Positions 1 through 10,267 of a DNA stretch of 64,000 bases are shown piece by piece. Origin of the DNA: Rhodocyclaceae bacterium (lineage in GTDB: Bacteria; Pseudomonadota; Gammaproteobacteria; Burkholderiales; Rhodocyclaceae); the NCBI GenBank assembly GCA_020445785.1, contig JAGRFZ010000013.1, forward strand, positions 95,628 to 159,627, written 5' to 3'. The notes beneath the pieces were generated by a model that was not told the origin of the DNA, made no database searches, and saw only the letters and a list, made by a program, of their open reading frames with translations. The stretch's first letter is position 1; each line of letters starts with the position of its first letter. The position numbers and the translations under genes are program-made.

Positions 1-2
1 CC

Positions 3-491
3 TTCCTGCAACGTTGCCAGAACCGCAGCGAGAGCAACGACGAGCAGTGGGCGGCCAACGACGGCGGATTTACCTACATGCCCGGCTGGAGCCCCAACGG
101 AGGCACCGGATCCTACGGCGGCATGACCCACGCCGGACTCTTCGCACTGCTGATGGCCCATGTGGACAAGTCCGATCCGCGGGTCCAGGCCGCATTCGAC
201 TGGATCCGCGCCAACTACACCGTGGAGGAAAATCCGGGCGCCAAGGAAAACGCCGGGCTGTTCTACTACTACGTGGCCTTCGCCAAGAGCCTGGCCGCCT
301 ACGGCGAAGACGAGATTCGCGACACCAATGGAACGGCCCACAACTGGCGCGACGATCTCGCCCGCAAGATCCTGTCGATGCAGGCCGAAGACGGCTCCTG
401 GATCAACCCGCACAACAAGCTGTGGGGCGAGGGCGTCAAGGATCTGGTCACCGCCTGGGCAGTCATTGCACTGAATATCGCCACCCGCTGA
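3..491 (+). CDS. Prenyltransferase/squalene-oxidase (terpene cyclase-like) repeat protein, 5'-truncated by the window edge
   Basis: Frame is open from nt 3 (FLQRCQN..DGGFTY); QW-like repeats (LSMQAEDGSW), SYGGMTHAG and LFYYY motifs. Confidence 0.7.
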   Translation, partial: FLQRCQNRSESNDEQWAANDGGFTYMPGWSPNGGTGSYGGMTHAGLFALLMAHVDKSDPRVQAAFDWIRANYTVEENPGAKENAGLFYYYVAFAKSLAAYGEDEIRDTNGTAHNWRDDLARKILSMQAEDGSWINPHNKLWGEGVKDLVTAWAVIALNIATR

Positions 492-497
492 CGGAGT

Positions 498-1970
498 TTG
501 CTGGTGTTCGTCCGGCTCGCCCTTCTGCTCGCGATTCCCCTGCACTGCGCGGCGGCGCCCGAACCGTTGTCGCTGCGGGCATCGCTCGCCTGGGGCGGCG
601 TCGCGCGGGCCGACGCGCCCAACGAGTTGCGGATCGAGCTGCTTTCCGCGGTCGCCGGGCAAGCCGAGATCGCGCTCGACGACCACCGGCCGCCGCTGCA
701 CGTCCGCGTCGCCCTCGCGCCCGACCGCGGCGAGCGCGTGGTGGTGCCGGTCCGTCCGGACCCCTATCGCCCGCTGGCGGTCACGGTCCGCATCGGCGAC
801 GAGCCGCCGCGCCGGCTCGAGATCCCGGTGCGCCCACGCGCCGATCACGCGGTCGTGGCAGACGTCCGTGCGCGGGGCCCGGCGTCGGCGGGCATCGCCA
901 CCATCCACCCGCCCCTGAGCGCGCTGCCCGAGACCGCGGCAGCCTACGCCACCATCGACGCGCTGATTCTCGACGGCGAGGCCCTCGACGCGATGGGTGG
1001 GCCGCGCCGCGCCGCGCTCGGCGGTCATCTGGCCGCCTGCGGCCGGGTCGCGGCGGTGGCCGTCGACCCCGCCCTGGCTGCCGGGCTGCGGGCGAATGCG
1101 GGTTGCGCCGGCCGCTTCCTCGCGATCGTGAGCGCACCTTCCGAACTCGATGCCGCCCTCGCAGGCCTGGTGGCGCGGCAGGCGCCGAGCGGACCTTCCA
1201 CGAGCGCGTTGTCGGCGCTCGGCGCGAGCACGCCCGCCGCCCAGGACGACCCGGTGCTGCCGGTGGTGGCGTTCGCATTCGTCTACCTGCTGGCGGCACC
1301 GCTGCTGGTGCGCAGGACGTCGAGCCCGCTCGCGCTCCTGTCGATTCCGCTCGGGGCCACGGCGCTGGCCGTGGTGGCGTGGTCGGGAACCCCGCCGAGG
1401 ATGTCGGTGACGAGTTGGAGCGAGGCCTACAGCGGCGATCGAACCGCGCGCACCTTCGCTCTGATGCAATTCGAAGGTCGGGGCCGGACCGACGCGCTCG
1501 CCCCATTGCCGGGCGCCTTCGGCCAGCCCACGATCGATGCCGACGCCGGCGCGCTGGCCCTCATCTACCGCGACGATCGCCCCGGCGTGGCCTACCTCAC
1601 CGCGCCGACCCGTCTGTTCTCGCGGCAACGCCTGCATCTCGCGCCCTCCAGCGGTTCGGCGTTGCCACTGACGATCTCGCTGGAGGGACCGGTACCGACT
1701 GTGCGCAATCACGGCAGCGACCCCTCGCCGGCGGCCCTTCTCGGCTGGCGGGGAAGGCGGTACAGCGTGCCGCCGCTGCCCCCCGGAGCGTCCTGGCAGG
1801 CCGCCGCCGAGGCCGAAGCGTGGCACGTGGACGACGCCGCCGAGCGGGCCTTGCGCAGCGCCAGCGTAGTCGGACCACCGGCGCTGCTGCTCCCGTTCAC
1901 ACCGGCATCGATGGCCGAGCTGCCGGAACAAGTCGAGCACACCGGATGGTTGCTGATCAGACCGAGTTGA
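498..1970 (+). CDS. Hypothetical secreted/membrane protein of the MoxR-vWA operon
   Basis: 490-aa ORF with signal-like N-terminus, two internal TM segments and YATIDALILDG motif; starts 7 nt after the previous stop. Confidence 0.65.
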   Translation: MLVFVRLALLLAIPLHCAAAPEPLSLRASLAWGGVARADAPNELRIELLSAVAGQAEIALDDHRPPLHVRVALAPDRGERVVVPVRPDPYRPLAVTVRIGDEPPRRLEIPVRPRADHAVVADVRARGPASAGIATIHPPLSALPETAAAYATIDALILDGEALDAMGGPRRAALGGHLAACGRVAAVAVDPALAAGLRANAGCAGRFLAIVSAPSELDAALAGLVARQAPSGPSTSALSALGASTPAAQDDPVLPVVAFAFVYLLAAPLLVRRTSSPLALLSIPLGATALAVVAWSGTPPRMSVTSWSEAYSGDRTARTFALMQFEGRGRTDALAPLPGAFGQPTIDADAGALALIYRDDRPGVAYLTAPTRLFSRQRLHLAPSSGSALPLTISLEGPVPTVRNHGSDPSPAALLGWRGRRYSVPPLPPGASWQAAAEAEAWHVDDAAERALRSASVVGPPALLLPFTPASMAELPEQVEHTGWLLIRPS

Positions 1971-2437
1971 GCCGGCGCCCCCCGCAGCGGCTTGTCGGCG
2001 CACTGCTCGGCCTTTGCTACAGCCTGCCGCTGGCGGTATGGCTGGCCGGCCGGCTGATGCTGACGCCGGCGGGCGCGGCTGCTTCGTTCGAGATCGAAGT
2101 GGCGGTCGCGGTCCAGGCACTGGCCGTGGCGCTGGTGCTGCCCTGGCTGGCCGCGCACCGATCGCTGCGTACCGCCCTGTCCCAGATCGGGCTGGTCACC
2201 GCCTACGTGTGGCCGGTGCTCGCACTCGCCTGGTTGGCCGCCCACGTGTCGGCCGTCCACCTGGTGGCGGCGGAAGCCGCATTGCTGGCCGCGGCGCTGG
2301 TGGTGGGGGTGGTTGTCCACCGCCTGCTGCGGGCGGTGGGCGATGAGCGCATCGACATCGCCAAGCTGTCCCTGCAGGTGCCGATGCTGCTGGCCCTCTG
2401 GTACGGCCTGAACGGCGTCGCCGGGTGGCTTCGATGA
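1967..2437 (+). CDS. Hypothetical multi-pass membrane protein
   Basis: Hydrophobic C-terminal part of ORF 14..2437; TTGA and ATGA overlaps with its neighbours. Confidence 0.6.
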   Translation: MSRRPPQRLVGALLGLCYSLPLAVWLAGRLMLTPAGAAASFEIEVAVAVQALAVALVLPWLAAHRSLRTALSQIGLVTAYVWPVLALAWLAAHVSAVHLVAAEAALLAAALVVGVVVHRLLRAVGDERIDIAKLSLQVPMLLALWYGLNGVAGWLR

Positions 2438-3486
2438 GCGCCGTCGCCCCCCTCCCCGATCTGGTCCACCGCTACCGCCGCCGCCTGTGGTGGCTCGAAG
2501 CCCGCGAGCGATTGCTGTTTTCACTGCCCTGGTCGGGCGCACTGCTGTTGCCGCTGGCATTGGCGCACCGCTTCGCCATGACGGTACCGATCGGCATCGC
2601 CCTGGCATTGGCGGCGATGCCGCCGCTGGTCGCCGCACTGCGCTCGCTGGCCGGGCGCAGACCCTCGCTGGCGCAGGCGGCGCGGGCAGCCGACGATCAT
2701 TTCTCGGCCCGATCGCTGCTGCTCGCGGCCAGCGAAGCGGACGCAACAGACACCCCACGCACCCTTGCCGGACTGCTGTTGCGGGAGCGCGCGAATCGCG
2801 CGGCGACCCAGTGGATCGGGCAATTGCGCACCGAGCCCCTGCCGCAGACGCGACGGCCGGTGCTGTTTCCAACGGTCGGCGTGCTCGCGTGCCTGCTGAT
2901 CATCCAGTTGCCGGGGGCACCCGCGTCGCCCAGGGCTGCGCCGGCCGCCGCCGCCGCGCCCGAGTCTGCGCTGGTCGGAACGCGGCCCGAGCGTCGCGCG
3001 GAAATGCTCGCGGGGATTCCGTCCGAGGCGGCCGACGACGGCGGATTCGCCGCGCCGCGGCGGGCCTTCGCCGAGGCGGACCGGGACGCCGGCGGGCCTG
3101 CCGGCCGATCGGCAAGGTCGGACCACCCGCCCGACGACCAGGGACCGGCCCGCCTTCGCGGGCCCGGCAAGCGAGAGCCTGCGGCCGCGGGCGGTGCCGC
3201 CGGGAGTCTGGCTGCCGACCCGGACGCGACGCCGTCGGCCACGCCCGATCCCACCCTCGCGGCCACCTACCGGACGATCGCGCGCGGGGGCGAGGGTGCG
3301 CAATCGCGTGCCAGCGGCCGCGCGCGCGCGCTGCAGGCAGCGCCGCCGCCGGCGCCGATGGCCGGCCGGCCAGGGCCGGTGGCGACGCCACCCGCCGGGC
3401 CGTCCCAGCCCTACCTGACACGCCTCGAGCGCCGGCACGTGGCGCGCTACTTCGAACGCATCGCCGGGGACCGAGATGATCGATGA
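2434..3486 (+). CDS. Hypothetical membrane protein (MoxR/vWA-associated)
   Basis: N-terminal TM helices, low-complexity middle and C-terminal RRHVARYFERI; ATGA overlap. Confidence 0.65.
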   Translation: MSAVAPLPDLVHRYRRRLWWLEARERLLFSLPWSGALLLPLALAHRFAMTVPIGIALALAAMPPLVAALRSLAGRRPSLAQAARAADDHFSARSLLLAASEADATDTPRTLAGLLLRERANRAATQWIGQLRTEPLPQTRRPVLFPTVGVLACLLIIQLPGAPASPRAAPAAAAAPESALVGTRPERRAEMLAGIPSEAADDGGFAAPRRAFAEADRDAGGPAGRSARSDHPPDDQGPARLRGPGKREPAAAGGAAGSLAADPDATPSATPDPTLAATYRTIARGGEGAQSRASGRARALQAAPPPAPMAGRPGPVATPPAGPSQPYLTRLERRHVARYFERIAGDRDDR

Positions 3487-4489
3487 ACAACCCTTGGAGG
3501 CCAGCTTCACGACCTTGCTGGCCGACATCCAGGCGCTGCGCCAGACCCTCAACCGAACCATCGTCGGCCAGGCCGACTTCATCGACGAGGTCGTGATCAC
3601 GCTGCTGGCGGGCGGCCACTGCCTGATCGAGGGCCTACCCGGACTCGGCAAGACCCAACTGGCGAAGGCCATCGCCGGGCGTGCCGGCCTCGGCTTCAAG
3701 CGAATTCAGTGCACGCCCGACCTCATGCCCTCGGACATCACCGGCAGCGAGATCCTGATCAACACGCCGGAGCGGCGCGAACTGGAGTTCCATCCGGGAC
3801 CGATCTTCTCGCCGATGGTGCTGGTGGACGAGATCAACCGCGCGACGCCACGAACCCAGGCGGCGCTGCTCGAAGCGATGCAGGAGGGCCAGGTAACCCA
3901 GGGCGGCACCAGCTATCCGCTGCCGCAGCCGTTCTGGGTCATCGCCACCCAGAATCCGATCGACCTGGAAGGCACCTATCCTCTACCGGAGGCCCAGCTC
4001 GATCGCTTCCTCGCCAAGATCCGCGTCGGCTACCCATCCGCCGAGGCGATGCTGGAGATGCTGACCGTGTCCCTCGACGGCGACCCTGCCTCGGCCGCGA
4101 TGACGCCGGTCCTCGATCCGTCGCGGCTCGCGCGCATCATGGCCTGCGCCCGCGAGTCCGTCATCGCCGCGGCGCACAAGCAGATGGCCGTCGACATGGT
4201 CCTCGCGACCCATCCCGAGCGCACCGAGGCAAGCACCATGGTGCGTCGCCACGTGCGCTGCGGCGCCAGTCCCCGCGGCCTGCAATCGCTGCTCAAGGCA
4301 GCCCGCGTGGTGGCCTTGCTCGACGGGCGCGTCCAGGTCGACCGCGACGATCTGTGCCGGGTGGCGCTGCCGGTACTGCGGCACCGGATCTTGCTGACCA
4401 TGGAAGCCGAACTCGAAGGTATCGAGGCGGATACCATCCTCTCGGAGCTGATCGAGACATGTCGGGACCGGGCGCGCGACAGTCGCTGA
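3476..4489 (+). CDS. moxR: MoxR family AAA+ ATPase
   Basis: Walker A GLPGLGKT, RIQCTPDLMPSDITG, Walker B LVDEINRA, EGTYPLPEAQLDRF. Confidence 0.95.
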   Translation: MIDEQPLEASFTTLLADIQALRQTLNRTIVGQADFIDEVVITLLAGGHCLIEGLPGLGKTQLAKAIAGRAGLGFKRIQCTPDLMPSDITGSEILINTPERRELEFHPGPIFSPMVLVDEINRATPRTQAALLEAMQEGQVTQGGTSYPLPQPFWVIATQNPIDLEGTYPLPEAQLDRFLAKIRVGYPSAEAMLEMLTVSLDGDPASAAMTPVLDPSRLARIMACARESVIAAAHKQMAVDMVLATHPERTEASTMVRRHVRCGASPRGLQSLLKAARVVALLDGRVQVDRDDLCRVALPVLRHRILLTMEAELEGIEADTILSELIETCRDRARDSR

Positions 4490-5355
4490 GCGACATCGAC
4501 GAGGCGAGCCTGCTGCCGATCGCGCGACTGGCAGACCGCCTGCTGCGGGAACATTCCCTGCTCACCCCGGGTCATCGGCCCGTGGCCGGTCGTGTCGGCC
4601 GCGGCATGGAGTTTCTCGACCACGCGGACTACGTCGCCGGCGACGATGTCCGGCGCATCGACTGGCGCGCCTCGGCACGCCGCAACCGGCCCCAGATCCG
4701 CCGCTTCCACGACGAGCGCCACGCCGACTGGACGATCTGCATCGATCACAGTTCGTCGATGGTCGTGCCGGGCGCCGAGAAGTGGTCCCTGGCCGCCCAC
4801 TTGGGGGCCTGCCTGGGCTACGTCCTGCTGCACCTCGGCAACCGCGTCGGCGCGATCACCTTTGCCGACGCGGTGGTCCGCTCGCTACCCTTCGGCAGCG
4901 GCCGCGGTCAGTACGGCCGCCTGCTGCGCATGCTCGCGCTGCCGCCGCCCCCCTCGGGCGCCGGCTCGCGGCTGGCGGCCTGCGGCTCGCGGCTGCCCAC
5001 GCTGGCGCCGGTCATCGTCATCAGCGATTTCCTCGCCGAAGACGCGATGCTCGCGGACCTCGGCAGACTGGCCGCAAGTGGTCGCCAGTTGCACGTATTG
5101 CCGATCGTGGACGGGCGGGACACCGACCCGGGCACGACGGGCAGACTGCGGCTGGTGGACGCCGAGAGCGGGCGGGCGCGCGCCGTCACGGTGGACGCTG
5201 CCCTGGTCGCCACCGCTGCGGCGCAGCGCGCCCGACAACTCGATGCGCTGCGCCGCCAATGTGTCCGCTGGCAACTGCCGTGCACGCCCTGCCCCGTGGA
5301 CCGGGGCTGGCGCAGCGCCGCATTGGCGCATCTGGCCGGGCTTCGCCATGCCTGA
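4459..5355 (+). CDS. DUF58 family protein
   Basis: GMEFLDHADYVAGDDVRRIDWRASAR and DHSSSM motifs; directly follows moxR. Confidence 0.9.
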   Translation: MSGPGARQSLSDIDEASLLPIARLADRLLREHSLLTPGHRPVAGRVGRGMEFLDHADYVAGDDVRRIDWRASARRNRPQIRRFHDERHADWTICIDHSSSMVVPGAEKWSLAAHLGACLGYVLLHLGNRVGAITFADAVVRSLPFGSGRGQYGRLLRMLALPPPPSGAGSRLAACGSRLPTLAPVIVISDFLAEDAMLADLGRLAASGRQLHVLPIVDGRDTDPGTTGRLRLVDAESGRARAVTVDAALVATAAAQRARQLDALRRQCVRWQLPCTPCPVDRGWRSAALAHLAGLRHA

Positions 5356-6925
5356 TTTCGCCTCACCCGCCTGGTTGCTGGCGCTGGCCGGCATTGCCCT
5401 GATCCGCTGGCTCCATCGCTTCCGTACGGCATCGGCCAGCGTGCTGGTGCCGGCCCTCCATCTGTGGCCGCACGCAGCCGGCGAATCCGACGCGGGTAGG
5501 CACCGGGAGCGGCCCGATCCGGCCTGGCGCCTCAGGGCCGCGATCGCGGCGGCGGTGGCGGTCGCGCTGTCGGGCCCCTACTGGGCGAGTACCCGGCCGC
5601 TGGCGCTGACGCTGTGGATCGACGACTCGCCGAGCATGCAGGCGGTGGAGTCGGGGCGGCGCCGGATCGACGCCGGCCTGGCCGCCGCATTGACCGCGGC
5701 GCGGGCCGCCGGCCACACCGAGATCACGTTGCGCTCGCTGGCCGACCCGGCCGCGTCGCTGGCGCTGGACGCCGAGGACCGCCCCGATTCGGCGGCGGTC
5801 GCCATCTGGCTCGCCGAGCCGCGGGGTGCGCCGGCGCCCCCCGCGCCGGTGCTGATGGCGGGGGACACGATCCATTGGGCACTGACCGACGGAGCCGACC
5901 GCAGCCTCGACCAATGGCTCGCGAATCCGCGCCTGGCCAAGATCGTCCAGATCGGCACGGCCACCGAGAACGTCGCCCTGCTGCGCCTGGCGATCTCGCC
6001 CGCACCGGAGGGCGACGGCACTTCGATCGCCTTCGTCCGGCTGCGCAACTTCGGCCGCCAGCCGGCGCACCGGACGCTGCGACTGCAGTCGAACGGAACG
6101 CTGTTGGCGGAGACGGCGGTGACGCTGCCGCCGGACGCCGAGCACAGGCTCCAGATCGCGCTCCAGAACGGCAGCGCGGATCTTATGGCAAGCATCGCGC
6201 CGGGCGACGCCCTGGCACGGGACGACCGGCTGGTGCTGGCCGCGGAACGCGCATGGCCGCTTGCCGTCGTCGTCGCTGCCGGCTGCGATCGGCGTCTCGG
6301 CATGGCCATCGCCGCCCACCCCCGCTTGCGCCTCGCGGGCGCCGGCGAGGGTGCCGCCCTCTCGCTCCACTGCGGCCCGCCGGCGGCCCCACCCAACGCG
6401 CCAGCCACCATCGTCTTCGATGCCGGCGACGAGCCGCAGCGGCTGTCCGCACCGGTCCATCGGGCCACCGACGCCGCAGCGAGGGACTGGCCTATGCTGG
6501 AGGCGGCATGGCTGAAGGCTGGCGACCGACCGCTGCAGGGTCGGGTGGTGTTGCAGGCCGGAACACGGCCGCTGGTCGCCGTCCGCCGCCAAGCGGGACA
6601 CAGCGTGGTGGACGTGGCTTTCGATCCGAGCGCCGGCGACCTGCCGACAAGGGCCGCGTTTCCGCGCCTGATCGGCGCCCTCGCCGACGAAGGCCTCGGC
6701 ATCCGATTGCAGGCACCGGCGGCCATCGCCTTGCCCGCGGACGAGTCGAAGATCGCGCCCGGCCCACTGCCGTCGGCGCCGCTCGCGACCCCATCCGCCC
6801 GCGCGGGGGTCACCGACGCTTCCTGGCTGGCGCTGGCGCTGGCCACCGTGCTGTTCACCTTCGACCTCTTGCGAGTCGCCCGGCATCGACGCCCGGCGCC
6901 CGGAGCCGATGGCTTTCGCCGCTGA
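5348..6925 (+). CDS. BatA/vWA domain membrane protein
   Basis: N-terminal F-x-SPAWLLAL..WLH BatA-like helix pair, DDSPSM MIDAS-like motif, C-terminal TM. Confidence 0.8.
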   Translation: MPDFASPAWLLALAGIALIRWLHRFRTASASVLVPALHLWPHAAGESDAGRHRERPDPAWRLRAAIAAAVAVALSGPYWASTRPLALTLWIDDSPSMQAVESGRRRIDAGLAAALTAARAAGHTEITLRSLADPAASLALDAEDRPDSAAVAIWLAEPRGAPAPPAPVLMAGDTIHWALTDGADRSLDQWLANPRLAKIVQIGTATENVALLRLAISPAPEGDGTSIAFVRLRNFGRQPAHRTLRLQSNGTLLAETAVTLPPDAEHRLQIALQNGSADLMASIAPGDALARDDRLVLAAERAWPLAVVVAAGCDRRLGMAIAAHPRLRLAGAGEGAALSLHCGPPAAPPNAPATIVFDAGDEPQRLSAPVHRATDAAARDWPMLEAAWLKAGDRPLQGRVVLQAGTRPLVAVRRQAGHSVVDVAFDPSAGDLPTRAAFPRLIGALADEGLGIRLQAPAAIALPADESKIAPGPLPSAPLATPSARAGVTDASWLALALATVLFTFDLLRVARHRRPAPGADGFRR

Positions 6926-9401
6926 CCGCCGGCTGCTGGCGCGCCTGGTCCTGCTGGGCCTGCTCGCCCTCGCCTGGGCCGACCCGCCCGCGCCGTGGTC
7001 GCCGCCGAACCACGACGTGATCGTCGTCACCGACGTTTCCGCAAGCGTCGACGGCGAAGCCCGGCAGCAGGCCCATGCGCGCGTCGCCCGCTGGTTCGAG
7101 CAATCGAATGTCAGCCTGCGCGTCGCGCAGATCCGTTTCGCAGGCCAGCCCGACCTGGCCCGACCGCTGACGCCCTGGCGACCCGAGGAAGGTCACCAGT
7201 GGTGGGCCGACGCCGATCGCCGGGCGCCCGACGGCAGCAGCGCGACCGACATCGACGCGGCGCTGGCCGCCGCCCTTCGCCTCGCCGATCCCGACCGCCC
7301 GACCTCGCTGCTGCTGCTGACCGACGGTCGCGAGACGGGCGGAACGGCGGCTGTCCGCCTGCGACAGGCGCGCGAGGCCGGCATTCCGGTACGCCTGCTC
7401 GAACTGCCGAGTCGCGCCATGGACGGCGCATGCCGCCTGCAGTCACTGGCCACCCGTGATCGCGTCGGCGCCGACCAGTCCTTCGCGGTGGATGTGTTCC
7501 TCGCGGGCAATGCCGGCGCCGCCGGCGCGGTGGCGTTGACGGTCGACGGCCGCCCGCTCGCCGACCGTCGCGTGCACATCGACGCGTCCGGACAGGGTTT
7601 CGCCCGGTTCCGGGTCGACGGCCTGACCGCCGGCACCGCGCGCATCACGGCGACACCCGACGGCACGCACTGCGTGGGACGCCCGATCTCGCGGATCGTG
7701 AATGTGGACGGCCCGAGTCGCATCCTGTACGTGCATGCGGCGGGCACGCGCCCGCCCTTCGCGGCGGCCCTCGAGCGCGGCGGCTGGGCGCTCCGACGGC
7801 TGCCGCCCTCCCGCCTGGCGGGGGCCCTCGGTGGCGGCGCCACCGCCCTCGTGGTGCTCGACGACATCGCCGCGCCGGAGATCGGCGCGGACGCCACCGA
7901 GGCGCTGCGCGACGGGCTCGACCGCGGCCTGCTGGGTCTGCTCGTGCTGGGCGGCCCCCACAGCTTCGGCGCCGGCGGCTACCGCCGGTCGCCGCTCGAG
8001 GCGCTCCTGCCGGTGATTGCCGAAGGGCGCGACCGCGAGGATCCGTCCGCCCTCATGTTCGTCATCGACACCTCGGGCAGCATGGCCGCCCGCGACCCGG
8101 CCGGCGACCGGCTGGCGATCGCGCGCGCCGCAATCCGCCAGACGCTGCAGGGGCTGCGGCCGGATGACGCGGTCGGCCTGATCGCCTTCGACGTCGAGGC
8201 CAAGGTGCTGGTGGCGCTCGGCCAGCATGCGGATGCCGCCGATCGGCTGCCCGACAGCCTGGTCAAGGGCGCCAGCGGCGGTACCCGCGTGGCGGCGGCG
8301 CTGACGGCAGGCGCAGCGGCCCTGTCGGCGGCCCCGCAGTCGCAGCGCATCCTGGTGCTGGCCACCGACGGCGAGATCGGCGACGAATCGGTGGCCGGGC
8401 TGGCCGCCCGCTTCGCCGAGCAGCGCATCGAGCTGGTGGCCCTGGCGATCGGCGAAGACACCGACACGGCGGCCCTCGAGCGGCTGGCCGCGGGCCACCG
8501 CGGGCGGGTCATGCGGGTCGGCCACGCCGCCGACCTGCCGCGCCTGATGCGCAGCGAAGTGGAGGCCTTGCGACCGGCATTCCAGCCCGGCCCGAGGGTG
8601 GCCAGCGTGGTCGAGGCAACGCCCTTCGGGGGCCGGCCGGGGGCGCAGCTCGACGGCTATATGGTGAGCACCGCTCGCCCGGCCGCCCGGCGCTACCTCG
8701 AATCCGATCTGGGCGACCCGCTGCTCGCCACGATGCCCGTCGGTTCCGGACTCTCGGCCGCGCTGCCGGGCGGTCTCGGCGGCTGGGCGGCGTCCTGGCT
8801 CGACCAGCCCGAGAGCGCACGATGGCTGGGCGGTCTGGTCGCGTGGCTGGGGCCGGGTACGCTGGACGGCTGGTCGATCCAGGCAGCGCTCGACGGCGAT
8901 CGATGGTCGCTGACGGTGGAGAGCGCCGACTTCGCGGTCGATGAAACCGGGCCGCCGGATGGCCGCATCCTGCTCGTCGATCCCCTCGGCCGACCCAGCG
9001 AATGGCCGCTCGAGGCGACCGCCCCGGGTCGCTGGCAGGCCACGCTGCGGCTGCGCGATGCCGGTGTCCATCGCGCCACCGCGATCGTCGGCGACCATCG
9101 TCTGAGCCATACTCTGCTCTACGGTCCGGAGGATGAGCTGCGCGCACCGCCCCACGAGGACGCCATCCGCCGCTGGCGGGTCGAGGGGCTTGCGACACCG
9201 TGGGACGAAACCCGGCACCCGGCCGACGGCCGCAGCGGCGGACTGCGCGGGGCGCTGCTGGCCACTTTCCTCGCCCTCTATCTGCTGCTGCTGGTATGGG
9301 AGCGCAGGCCGCCACGACTCGCCTCCCGGGCCGCCGCAGTGCTGCACCGGTGGCGTCGACAACCGCCGACCCCGTCCATCGAAGGGAATCCCCGATCATG
9401 A
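6909..9401 (+). CDS. Double vWA domain membrane protein with central GATase-like domain
   Basis: MIDAS motifs DVSAS and DTSGS, two TDG motifs, GGPHSFGAGGY, C-terminal TM. Confidence 0.85.
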   Translation: MAFAADRRLLARLVLLGLLALAWADPPAPWSPPNHDVIVVTDVSASVDGEARQQAHARVARWFEQSNVSLRVAQIRFAGQPDLARPLTPWRPEEGHQWWADADRRAPDGSSATDIDAALAAALRLADPDRPTSLLLLTDGRETGGTAAVRLRQAREAGIPVRLLELPSRAMDGACRLQSLATRDRVGADQSFAVDVFLAGNAGAAGAVALTVDGRPLADRRVHIDASGQGFARFRVDGLTAGTARITATPDGTHCVGRPISRIVNVDGPSRILYVHAAGTRPPFAAALERGGWALRRLPPSRLAGALGGGATALVVLDDIAAPEIGADATEALRDGLDRGLLGLLVLGGPHSFGAGGYRRSPLEALLPVIAEGRDREDPSALMFVIDTSGSMAARDPAGDRLAIARAAIRQTLQGLRPDDAVGLIAFDVEAKVLVALGQHADAADRLPDSLVKGASGGTRVAAALTAGAAALSAAPQSQRILVLATDGEIGDESVAGLAARFAEQRIELVALAIGEDTDTAALERLAAGHRGRVMRVGHAADLPRLMRSEVEALRPAFQPGPRVASVVEATPFGGRPGAQLDGYMVSTARPAARRYLESDLGDPLLATMPVGSGLSAALPGGLGGWAASWLDQPESARWLGGLVAWLGPGTLDGWSIQAALDGDRWSLTVESADFAVDETGPPDGRILLVDPLGRPSEWPLEATAPGRWQATLRLRDAGVHRATAIVGDHRLSHTLLYGPEDELRAPPHEDAIRRWRVEGLATPWDETRHPADGRSGGLRGALLATFLALYLLLLVWERRPPRLASRAAAVLHRWRRQPPTPSIEGNPRS

Positions 9402-10267
9402 AATTTGCATACAGCACGAATGCCTACACACGGCATCGGCTCGACGACGCGATCCGCGCCATCGCCGAACTCGGCTTCACCGGTGTCGAACTCCTGTGCG
9501 ACCGGCCGCACTGGTTTCCCGGCGAGGTCAGCGAAGCCGAACAGGACCGCATCGCCCGCCTCGTCGCGGACTGCGGCCTCGGCATCAGCAATCTCAATGT
9601 CAATACGGCGAGCGGCTACTACTCGCCGTGTCCGGCGGAGCATCTCTTCGGACCGTCACTGAGCCATCCGGATCCGGCACAGCGGCAGTGGCGGCAGGCG
9701 TATTCGATCGAGGCGATCCGCATCGCCGCCCGGATCGGCGCGCCGTGCGTCAGCCTGACCTCGGGGGTCCCGACGCCGGGGGTGGCGATCACGCGCTCGC
9801 GCCAACTGCTGGCGGACAGCCTGGCCCCCATCTGCGAAGCGGCCGCGCAACACGGCGTCCGGGTCGGCATCGAATACGAACCCGGGCTGCTGGTCGAGCG
9901 GGCCAGCGAACTGGCCGAGATCATCGAACGCGTCGATTCGCCGCTGCTCGGCGCCAATCTGGACATCGGCCACTCGTTTCTGGACGGCGAATCGCCCGAA
10001 GAGGCGGTGGCCGCGCTTGCGGGCCGCATCTGGAACGTCCATGTCGAGGACATTGCCGGCCGCAAGCACTACCACCTGGTACCCGGCGATGGCGAACTGC
10101 CGTTCGACCGCTATTTCTCGGCCCTGGCGGACGCCGGCTACGAGGGCTATCTGACGGTCGAACTCTATACCTATCCGCAGGCGCCGGACGAGGCCGGTGC
10201 CCGCTCCCTGGCCTTTCTGCGCGGCACCGGCCTCGATGCGCCGCAAACCCGGGTGGAACCGGCATGA
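9398..10267 (+). CDS. Sugar phosphate isomerase/epimerase (xylose isomerase-like TIM barrel)
   Basis: MKFAYSTNAY start; EYEPG, NLDIGH, HVED, H..PGDG and VELY motifs; ATGA overlap. Confidence 0.88.
   Translation: MKFAYSTNAYTRHRLDDAIRAIAELGFTGVELLCDRPHWFPGEVSEAEQDRIARLVADCGLGISNLNVNTASGYYSPCPAEHLFGPSLSHPDPAQRQWRQAYSIEAIRIAARIGAPCVSLTSGVPTPGVAITRSRQLLADSLAPICEAAAQHGVRVGIEYEPGLLVERASELAEIIERVDSPLLGANLDIGHSFLDGESPEEAVAALAGRIWNVHVEDIAGRKHYHLVPGDGELPFDRYFSALADAGYEGYLTVELYTYPQAPDEAGARSLAFLRGTGLDAPQTRVEPA

Noticed and set aside
14-1966. 807-aa ORF 14..2437 and the many other long Arg/Pro/Ala-rich overlapping ORFs in the track
   Set aside because: Shadow frames typical of high-GC DNA; only the hydrophobic C-terminal part (1967-2437) looks like real protein
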